A stretch of 64,000 nt of DNA. It comes from Alphaproteobacteria bacterium (GTDB lineage Bacteria; Pseudomonadota; Alphaproteobacteria; UBA828). Location of the stretch: the NCBI GenBank assembly GCA_965214705.1, contig CBDCCI010000002.1, positions 1,856,001 through 1,920,000 of the forward strand. The letters run 5' to 3'. The notes beneath the pieces are model-generated. The model did no database searches. It saw nothing but the letters and a program-made list of their open reading frames with translations, and had not been told where the DNA came from. Below are positions 1-7,377 of this stretch, one piece after another; position 1 is the stretch's first letter; every line of letters starts with the position of its first letter. A program made the position numbers and the translations under genes.

Positions 1-2
1 GC

Positions 3-818
3 TTCGTCGAGGCCGATCTGCGCATCGCGACCGGCCTGGTGGAGCCGCACTTCATGGCCGGCTGGTCCGGTGGGCGGAAGGTGATCGCGCCCGGCGTCGC
101 CCACGCCGAGACCATCACCACCTTCCACAGCGCGCGCTTCATGGAGCACCCCAACTGCACCAACTGCGTGCTGGAGGGCAATCCGCTGCACGAGGAGCAG
201 CTGGAGATCATGGCGATGCTGGGCGGCGCGCGCGCGGTGAACACAGTCATCGACGACGAGCGCCGGATCGCCTTCCTCAACTATGGCGAGGTGGTGGCGA
301 GCCATGAGGCTGCGGTCGCATTTGCCGAGCAGTTCTGCACTGTCCCCGTGGCCGAGCGGTTCAACACCGTGCTGACCAGCTCCGCCGGCTATCCGCTCGA
401 CGCGACCTATTACCAGACCGTCAAGGGAATGGTCGGGCCTTTGGAAATCCTGGCACCGGGCGGCGACCTCATTGTCGCGTCCGCCTGCTCCGAGGGCCTG
501 GGCTCGGCGCACTATGCGGACGCACAGCGCCGTCTGGTGGAAAATGGGCCGGAGCACTTCCTCGACGAGATCAGTGCCAAGACCCACGCCGCGATCGACG
601 AATGGCAGACCGAGATGCAGCTCCGCCCCATGCGGGTCGGCACGATCCATCTATTTACCGACGGCCTCGCGCCGGAGGAACGCGCGCTCACCGGAGTCAA
701 CCTGACCGACTCGCTGGCGAGCACGGTGGCGGAGAGCACCGCCCGGCACGGTGATCCGCGTGTCGCTGTGATCCCTGAAGGGCCTTACTTGGTTCCTGTC
801 CACCGGCCCGCCGCATAG
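3..818 (+). CDS. Nickel-dependent lactate racemase (LarA) family protein, 5' end outside window
   Basis: EPHFMAGWSGGRK, GYPLDATYYQTVKG, DEWQ and C-terminal VIPEGPY motifs typical of LarA; frame open to window edge. Confidence 0.85.
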   Translation, partial: FVEADLRIATGLVEPHFMAGWSGGRKVIAPGVAHAETITTFHSARFMEHPNCTNCVLEGNPLHEEQLEIMAMLGGARAVNTVIDDERRIAFLNYGEVVASHEAAVAFAEQFCTVPVAERFNTVLTSSAGYPLDATYYQTVKGMVGPLEILAPGGDLIVASACSEGLGSAHYADAQRRLVENGPEHFLDEISAKTHAAIDEWQTEMQLRPMRVGTIHLFTDGLAPEERALTGVNLTDSLASTVAESTARHGDPRVAVIPEGPYLVPVHRPAA

Positions 819-929
819 CACCTCGCCGTCTTTCCGCTTGCGTTTGCCGCGCCCTTGGCGAACGCCGAATCCAAAGGTAGGTTTTCCACACGCGGCCCGG
901 CTCGGCCGATGGACAGCAGGGGGTATGCG

Positions 930-2759
930 ATGTCGTGGCAAGGCAGACTGTTGCGGGTTGACCTCAGTGCAGGCACCTGCACCGAAGAGGCGCTCAACAT
1001 GGAGTGGGCGCAGGCCTATCTGGGCAGCAGGGGCCTTGCCACCAAGTACATCGTCGAGGAGATGGACCCGAAGGCGGATCCGCTCTCGCCCGAGAACGTG
1101 CTCATCTTCGCCACCGGCCCGCTCACCGGGACCACGGCGCCGACGGCCGGACGCTACACCGTCGTCACCAAGGGTGCGCTCACCAACGCCATCGCCTGCT
1201 CGAACTCGGGCGGCTACTTCGGCGGGGAGCTGAAGCTCGCCGGCTGGGACATGGTGATCTGCCAGGGCCGCTCGCCGCGCCCGGTCTACCTCTACATCAA
1301 GGACGACCACGCGGAGCTGATCGACGCCGAAGGCTTCATCTGGGGCAAGTCGGTCTGGGATACCGAGCCGGCGATCAAGGCGCGTCACCAGGACGGCGCC
1401 ATCAAGATCGCCTCCATCGGCCGCGCAGGCGAGAACCTGAACCGCTATGCCTGCGTGATGAACGACCTCGACCGGGCCGCCGGGCGCTCCGGCGTCGGCG
1501 CGGTGATGGGGTCCAAGAACCTGAAGGCCATCGCGGTGCGTGGCACGCGGGGCGTCGCAGTGGACGATGACGACGCCTTCGCCGACGCCGTGGAGAAGGC
1601 CGCCGGCGCGCTCGCTGCGAGCCAGACCCGCGCGGACCTCGCGCGCACCGGCACGCTCTCCATGATCGACGTGACCCAGGCCTTCGGCAGCTTGCCGACC
1701 CGCAACAACCAGGACGTGCAGTTCGAGGGCACCGGCAACCTGGGCCCCGATGCGATGGCGAAGGTGCGGCGCTCGGACGGCTCCGCCAACCTGGTGGCGA
1801 ACCGGGCCTGCTTCGCCTGCACCATCGGCTGCCAGCGGGCGTCGAAGATGGAGCCCAACCACTTCGCGATCAAGGAGCGCGACCGCTACAAGAAGGTGAG
1901 CGGCGGGCTGGAGTACGAATCGGCCTATTCGCTCGGCCCCATGGTGGGCGTGGACGATATCGAGGCCGCGACCTTCGCGAACTTCGTCTGCAACGAGGAC
2001 GGGATGGACCCGATCTCCTTCGGGGCGACCGTCGCGGCTGCCATGGAGCTCTATGAAGAGGGCGCCATCACCGACGCCGAGACCGGCGGTGTGCCTTACA
2101 ACTTCGGCTCGGCCGAGGCGCTCTGCCGGGCAGCGGAGGATGCCGGCACGGGCACCGGCTTCGGCCAGGACCTGGGCCTCGGCGCCAAGCGGCTCTGCGA
2201 GAAGTACGGCCGGCCCGAGCTCGCCATGGTCGCCAAGGGGCAGGAGTTCCCCGGCTACGACGGCCGCTCGATGCAGGGCATGGGGCTCGCCTACGCCACC
2301 AGCAACCGCGGCGCTTGCCACCTGCGCGCCGACCCTTACGAGGACGATTTTTCCGGCGGCAAGCTGGAGGGTAAGGCGAAGATCGTGAAGGACAGCCAGG
2401 ATTCGAATGCCGCCATCGATTCCGTCGGCATCTGCGCCTTCCCGATGATGATCTGGGGCCTCGACGAGGTCGCCAACCTGGTCAACGCCGGCTGCGCTGG
2501 CGAGTGGACCGTGGACCGGCTGAACGAGACCGGCGAGCGCATCTGGAACATGGAGCGTCAGTTCAACCTCGACGCCGGCATGACCGCCGCCGATGACACG
2601 CTGCCGCAGCGCATCCTCAAGGAGGCGGTGAAGAGCGGCTCGGGCAAGGGCAAGGTCTGCGAGCTCGACACCATGCTGCCGCAGTACTACGAGCTGCGCG
2701 GCTGGACTGCGGAGGGCCGGCCCACGGCCGCGACCATGGAGCGGCTCGGCCTCGGCTGA
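930..2759 (+). CDS. Aldehyde:ferredoxin oxidoreductase (tungsten/pterin AOR family)
   Basis: GRLLRVDL N-terminus, AGRSGVGAVMGSKNLKAI, CFACTIGC, EYE and SNRGACH motifs; ATG at 930. Confidence 0.93.
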   Translation: MSWQGRLLRVDLSAGTCTEEALNMEWAQAYLGSRGLATKYIVEEMDPKADPLSPENVLIFATGPLTGTTAPTAGRYTVVTKGALTNAIACSNSGGYFGGELKLAGWDMVICQGRSPRPVYLYIKDDHAELIDAEGFIWGKSVWDTEPAIKARHQDGAIKIASIGRAGENLNRYACVMNDLDRAAGRSGVGAVMGSKNLKAIAVRGTRGVAVDDDDAFADAVEKAAGALAASQTRADLARTGTLSMIDVTQAFGSLPTRNNQDVQFEGTGNLGPDAMAKVRRSDGSANLVANRACFACTIGCQRASKMEPNHFAIKERDRYKKVSGGLEYESAYSLGPMVGVDDIEAATFANFVCNEDGMDPISFGATVAAAMELYEEGAITDAETGGVPYNFGSAEALCRAAEDAGTGTGFGQDLGLGAKRLCEKYGRPELAMVAKGQEFPGYDGRSMQGMGLAYATSNRGACHLRADPYEDDFSGGKLEGKAKIVKDSQDSNAAIDSVGICAFPMMIWGLDEVANLVNAGCAGEWTVDRLNETGERIWNMERQFNLDAGMTAADDTLPQRILKEAVKSGSGKGKVCELDTMLPQYYELRGWTAEGRPTAATMERLGLG

Positions 2760-2808
2760 ACGTTAGCCCGCTATCGGGACCGCTGCGTCAACGGCGGCAT
2801 AGCCGCAA

Positions 2809-3126
2809 TCAAGCCGCAGTGGAGATCGCGCCCACCTCGTTGTCGACGATCACCGGCGATTCGAAATACTCGATCGAAGGCTCGGCGCCCAGGCGCTCGC
2901 GGATGCCGGCTTTCCAGGCCGCGCTATAGAGGCGCTCGGCATCCTCGCGCGACTCGAAGAGATACACGCCGCCGCCGGTCCGGCCGTCCTCGGACAGAAG
3001 ATAGTACTTGCGAACCAGACCCTGGACGCCCTGGTAGAGCGGTGCAGATGCCTCGAATGCGGCCTTTGCCGCCTCGCGCGTCTTGTCCTCGGGCAGCGCG
3101 AAACGAACGATCGCGGTTACCGCCAT
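2809..3126 (-). CDS. YdhR-family putative monooxygenase (dimeric alpha/beta barrel)
   Basis: GLVRKYYLLSEDGRTGGGVYLF motif; ATG at 3126 with GAGGAG RBS upstream. Confidence 0.8.
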   Translation of the reverse strand: MAVTAIVRFALPEDKTREAAKAAFEASAPLYQGVQGLVRKYYLLSEDGRTGGGVYLFESREDAERLYSAAWKAGIRERLGAEPSIEYFESPVIVDNEVGAISTAA

Positions 3127-3229
3127 GGCTGATGTCTCCTCGGTTCGTCGTTCGGGGCGGAGGATAGCAGCCGTTGCGCACGCGGTCACCGCACCCCTTC
3201 GGCAACCGCTCCAGAGCCATCCTTTGCCG

Positions 3230-3523
3230 TCAATCGACGCCCTCGACCACCCGGAAGTCGCGCTCCACCGCGCCTTCGAGCTTCGCGACGGCGGCCTGAT
3301 AGGCGGCACCATCGTGGGTGGCGAGCGCCTGTTCGAAGCTCTCGAACTCGACCACGACGGTGCGCCCGGCAATGCCGGCGTCGAAGGCCTGGACCTTGCC
3401 GCCGCGCGCCAGGAACGTGCCGCCGCCGGCGATGATTGCAGGCCCTGCCAACTTGGCGTATTCCGCCAGCGCGTCGGGATCCTTGATCTCCCGGTAGCAA
3501 CTCACCCAGTAACCCTTCGCCAT
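3230..3523 (-). CDS. DUF1330 family protein
   Basis: GGTFLARGG and RTVVVEFESFEQA motifs, 97 aa, AGGAGG RBS. Confidence 0.85.
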   Translation of the reverse strand: MAKGYWVSCYREIKDPDALAEYAKLAGPAIIAGGGTFLARGGKVQAFDAGIAGRTVVVEFESFEQALATHDGAAYQAAVAKLEGAVERDFRVVEGVD

Positions 3524-3735
3524 TGTGTCCTCCTTTCGTGATTGCGTCCGACGCGACCGGTGCGTCGGGATGTCGATGACCCGGCCCGTCCCCGGCCTCG
3601 ATAGTCTCCGCCACGGGTTCGTGCGAGGTGTTCTCGGGCTTTTACCCGAGCAGGACGGTGGGGTCGATTGTGGTGCACAGGATGTTATGTGCTATGTGAG
3701 CCAATCTGCGGCGGCAGTGCGGGAGCGGGTGAGAC

Positions 3736-3978
3736 ATGCGGGTCAAGGTGGAGCTCATCGCCATCGAGCTCCCTCAATTCGGCAGCGACAAGAGCCGCGA
3801 CCTCGACCTCGAGGCGGGCGCGAACGTCGCGGACGCGCTCTCCGGCCTCGGCGTGGACGCCGATCCCGCCATCCTCGCCATGGTGAACGGCGAGGCCGTG
3901 CCCCGCGATCAGTGGCCCGAGACGGCGCTCTCGGCAGACGACACGATCAGCCTGTTCCGGCCGTTCAAGGGGGGCTAA
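3736..3978 (+). CDS. MoaD/ThiS family sulfur carrier
   Basis: 80 aa with VNG motif and C-terminal GG; close to the AOR gene. Confidence 0.85.
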   Translation: MRVKVELIAIELPQFGSDKSRDLDLEAGANVADALSGLGVDADPAILAMVNGEAVPRDQWPETALSADDTISLFRPFKGG

Positions 3979-4168
3979 CCTATCCCAAGTACTCTATTTC
4001 TCCAATTGCTTATACCTGACACACAGTTTTTGCTTTTGTCTTCTAACGACCGGGGATAATATGTCCGCCAACATAACAGCCACTTGTCGCCTTGCCCATA
4101 AAAACATACATTTTCATCTATTCAATTTAGTCTTAAAATCGCTAACGCTGTGCCACTTCAGGAAACTC

Positions 4169-4879
4169 TTAACGAGAAATCTCACCGCTTGCCATTACAT
4201 GAATTATTGCTCCCAATAGGTCTTGCGCAGACACTCCTGCGACTTCTTCACACACCTCCTCTAACTCACCTTCCCAGACTTCCCCCCGTCTCGGATTGAC
4301 AATTCCCATTCTCGATACACCGAATTGGTTTGAAGACAAATTCAATGCAGAGTAAACGATTAGCTGCCTTATGTCGCTACTGCGAAACCGTCGATCCACG
4401 GACTTTATCTCAAAAATCGTCTCCTTAACTAACACGTCTCCTTCGGAATTATCCACGAAGCCGCAACCTGCAAATTTTGGACGCAAGACAACGCAATCGA
4501 GTTCCTTTCTAAAGAATTTTCCCAGTCTAATCGAAATCTCTTGCGCCTCCTCTTCTTCCTCTTTCGCAAGACCTTCTCGCAGTACCAGCCCTCGGCCTAC
4601 ATATTGCCCCATTCGCGCCTTTGCAATCCTCCATGCGCTTCGATTCAACTGCGCTTCTGATCTCTTTCGCTTCCGTGCCTCATCTCCAACGCGCTCGCAG
4701 AACACTGAAAAACCATACTCGGCAATCAAAGCCCTATTACTTGTATTCGAATCGTTCATGGGGTTTTCAAAATTCCTGACCTCCGCAATATTCAAGCGAC
4801 GCACGAAATGCTCACAGGTCGGAGCATGTGTGTGCCAAAAGGCATTGTAGGAATGCGCAAATGTTAAGGCATCTATCAT
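4169..4879 (-). CDS. PD-(D/E)XK nuclease-like protein (236 aa), partner of the RT
   Basis: EGDVL...FEIK motif then SDIRQLIVY (QxxxY helix) and GIVNPRRG; ATG 4879 overlaps the RT stop as ATGA. Confidence 0.75.
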   Translation of the reverse strand: MIDALTFAHSYNAFWHTHAPTCEHFVRRLNIAEVRNFENPMNDSNTSNRALIAEYGFSVFCERVGDEARKRKRSEAQLNRSAWRIAKARMGQYVGRGLVLREGLAKEEEEEAQEISIRLGKFFRKELDCVVLRPKFAGCGFVDNSEGDVLVKETIFEIKSVDRRFRSSDIRQLIVYSALNLSSNQFGVSRMGIVNPRRGEVWEGELEEVCEEVAGVSAQDLLGAIIHVMASGEISR

Positions 4880-6516
4880 ATCGGAGTAACCCAACGAGCA
4901 TTTTTTGCTTTTTTCCCCGCCCATTCCAACATGAATTTTTCAAAGAGACTTAACTCCGTTTGGATATGACGTCGCCAATGACGACCCTCGTCTTTCAAAG
5001 TGTAAGACGCCACAATGAAGGCTGTCCGCTCTGGACCGCTCAACTCCCTGAAGGCATTCTTGACATTTGAGAGCCAATACCAGTCGCCGAGTTTGGCGGC
5101 TGCTAGAATAATACCCCTTCGAATGAGAGGCGAGGACCGCCGCTCGTATATACCTTGAAGAAGGGCCCGGCTCTTGCCTGTCTTAGATCTGGCCAAGAGC
5201 CGAATCCCATAGCTGAGGTGTACATCTACCCGGAAAATATACGAGTCGTTTTCGATCAGCTGTTGCAGTTCATCTATAATCGCCCTTTGTGTTGATGTTG
5301 AGAGCTCGTCAAACACCTGATCAACCACCAGGAGAACGGAAGAAAATATGGGATAGAGTACATCGTTATTGTTCAATAATGAGCGCACTGCGTTGTCCTT
5401 ATAGTTTCCTTCAAGGAAACGAATGGCTGCAACCACTTTGCGCGCTAAAGCCGTATGCACACGGCTCTTAGCCAGCTCTTCTTTGAGCATACTAATAATG
5501 TCAAATTTCCTAACTTCGCGTTTCAATCGCTCAAAGTCCTCATCACGAGTTGGTGAGTAGGGGTCAAATCTTAACGAGAATCGTAGTAGCTGACTACGTT
5601 TGTGAGCATCTGCCGCAGCTTTGCCCTCAGCTTCCGGATCCGCTTCGGGCAATTGATGTCGAAGAGGGTTAGTCGCACGGAACTCTATAGAGGTCATAAT
5701 TCGAGTTTTGGACTTTTGCAGGGACAGGCCTTGGTTGGTGAATAACATTTCGGATAAAAGCACGAGTTGACGGTATGCTGCCTCGCGTGTGTCGGCGAAA
5801 ATGTGATAATCATCGGCAAAGCGAGTAAAGACAACTCCCTGCCCGATAAGCAATTGATCGATTTGATTGATGGTCAGCTCAGAAAGTATGCGTGAGGCTG
5901 GACCGCCAATAGGCAGACCAAACGAACGTGTGTTCGAATAGTTTGCGAGAAATGACATAATTCGTTTCGGATACGGTGTATCCCCAGCAATTTGCATTAA
6001 GGCGTTTTCGATTCGATGATGACCCAATCTGGAGTAAAACTCGGCAATATCGCAAATGACGACGAAAGAATACTTTTTGGATAGTGCTATCGAGTGGTTC
6101 ATGAATTGAAACCATCCAAAATTACGATCAAATAGATCTGCGGTTTTCTTGCTTAAGGAATAGCGATAGGAAAAAACCATTCGCTCAGTCTTGTGGGGTC
6201 GGGTTCTTTCAATTTTGGTGGTGAGGGCCAAGACACACGTAAGAAAATGAGCGTTCCAAATGGGATCAATTTGGGTGGCCCATCGGAAGCCCGAATAGCT
6301 AACAGGGGTTAGAGAGTTTACATTGCGGGGAGAGAAGCGCGTGAGATAGGTATCAAAGTTCTTATCGTATTCCAAAATTAGTTCAACTATGTCTTCCTGC
6401 ATGTCTGAAAAAGCCAAATTTTCGATTGGAAAGGGGAATATATCTGTGTCCCCATGTGCGACTATATTGCGAACAGCCCTAGTGGCTGCACTCCTAAACT
6501 GGGCCGGCTTTACCAT
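4876..6516 (-). CDS. Reverse transcriptase, UG/Abi (DRT-like) class, with helical C-terminal extension; probably UG7/DRT8-like
   Basis: CDIAEFYSRL, GLPIGGPASRILSE, catalytic RFADD and GLSLQKSKT motifs; N-terminal HGDTDIFPFP; no retron VTG motif or intron maturase domain seen. Confidence 0.9.
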   Translation of the reverse strand: MVKPAQFRSAATRAVRNIVAHGDTDIFPFPIENLAFSDMQEDIVELILEYDKNFDTYLTRFSPRNVNSLTPVSYSGFRWATQIDPIWNAHFLTCVLALTTKIERTRPHKTERMVFSYRYSLSKKTADLFDRNFGWFQFMNHSIALSKKYSFVVICDIAEFYSRLGHHRIENALMQIAGDTPYPKRIMSFLANYSNTRSFGLPIGGPASRILSELTINQIDQLLIGQGVVFTRFADDYHIFADTREAAYRQLVLLSEMLFTNQGLSLQKSKTRIMTSIEFRATNPLRHQLPEADPEAEGKAAADAHKRSQLLRFSLRFDPYSPTRDEDFERLKREVRKFDIISMLKEELAKSRVHTALARKVVAAIRFLEGNYKDNAVRSLLNNNDVLYPIFSSVLLVVDQVFDELSTSTQRAIIDELQQLIENDSYIFRVDVHLSYGIRLLARSKTGKSRALLQGIYERRSSPLIRRGIILAAAKLGDWYWLSNVKNAFRELSGPERTAFIVASYTLKDEGRHWRRHIQTELSLFEKFMLEWAGKKAKNARWVTPI

Positions 6517-6549
6517 AGTTGATCTTTTCTGTTGTTGGCATACGGTATT

Positions 6550-6831
6550 CTAAATCGGTATCGCGCTTCGGCCGCTCCCGTCGGCGATGGCGATAACGCC
6601 TGTGGCGTTGCCGCCGGCCAGGGCGACGATCCCCATCGCATTACCCCCTCCGATGGCGACGAATCCCATGGCGCTGCCAGGAGCGATGCAGACCAGGCCC
6701 ATCGCGTTGAAGAGGGCGACGGCGACGAGCCCGATGGAGTTCCAGAACCCCGCCGACACGAGCCTGATTGCGTTCTGACTGCAGGCAACGGTGCCGATGG
6801 TGCCCCACTTGCTCTTGATCGCTTCAGCCAT
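6550..6831 (-). CDS. Small hydrophobic Gly/Ala-rich protein with six 11-aa repeats
   Basis: NAIRLVSAGFW/NSIGLVAVALF/NAMGLVCIAPG/SAMGFVAIGGG/NAMGIVALAGG/NATGVIAIADG; repeat better conserved in protein than DNA. Confidence 0.6.
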   Translation of the reverse strand: MAEAIKSKWGTIGTVACSQNAIRLVSAGFWNSIGLVAVALFNAMGLVCIAPGSAMGFVAIGGGNAMGIVALAGGNATGVIAIADGSGRSAIPI

Positions 6832-6878
6832 GGCTGAGGGTTCCCCTCGCGTTTGAGCGTATCGTAAAGGGTAAAAGG

Positions 6879-7364
6879 TCAGCCGTCGGCGGCGTTCAGC
6901 GCCTGCACCGCCTCCAGCACGGCCTCCACGTGGCCGGGGACCTTCACCTTGCGCCAGATCTTGCTGACGGTGCCGTCGGAGTCGATGAGGAAGGTCGCGC
7001 GCTCGATGCCCATGTAAGTCTTGCCGTAGTTCTTCTTCTCGACCCAGACGCCGTAGCGCTCGCAGATGTCGCTGTCTGCGTCGGAGACCAGGGTGAAGGG
7101 GAGGCCGTACTTCGCCCGGAATTTGTCGTGTTTGGCGGCAGTGTCCTTCGAGACGCCGACGATCTCAGCGCCGGCCGCCGCGAACGCGGGCAGGGCCTCG
7201 GTGAACTCTTGCGCCTCGCGGGTGCAGCCGGGCGTGTCGTCGCGCGGGTAGAAGTAGAGCACCACCGCCTTGCCGCGCAGGCTGTCGAGGCTCAGAGAGC
7301 CGCCGTCGTTGGTGGGCGCCGTGAACCCCGGCGCAGGCGTGCCGGCTTCGATCGCCGTGGTCAT
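6879..7364 (-). CDS. bcp: Peroxiredoxin Q / BCP
   Basis: LYFYPRDDTPGCTREA and GIERATFLID motifs; GAGGAG RBS; directly follows glnE. Confidence 0.92.
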   Translation of the reverse strand: MTTAIEAGTPAPGFTAPTNDGGSLSLDSLRGKAVVLYFYPRDDTPGCTREAQEFTEALPAFAAAGAEIVGVSKDTAAKHDKFRAKYGLPFTLVSDADSDICERYGVWVEKKNYGKTYMGIERATFLIDSDGTVSKIWRKVKVPGHVEAVLEAVQALNAADG

Positions 7365-7377
7365 GGTCGTTCTCCTC

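Larger units (their letters stand above)
3979..6549. other. Low-GC accessory (probable defence) island
   Basis: Abrupt shift from GC-rich host sequence to A/T-rich sequence right after the MoaD stop, returning near 6560; no integrase or terminal repeats seen. Confidence 0.8.

Noticed and set aside
651-2321. Long antisense or alternate-frame ORFs (also 10944-12614, 13990-15855, 32582-34999, 35081-36802, 53680-55548, 61531-63189)
   Set aside because: Shadow ORFs of real high-GC genes with no recognisable motifs
4876-6516. Retron or group II intron
   Set aside because: No VTG motif, no space for msr/msd, no maturase domain or intron RNA ends seen
6560-6780. 33-nt periodic DNA as an RT template array or DGR repeat
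   Set aside because: Variation follows codon structure; no adenine-specific TR/VR pair or avd gene seen
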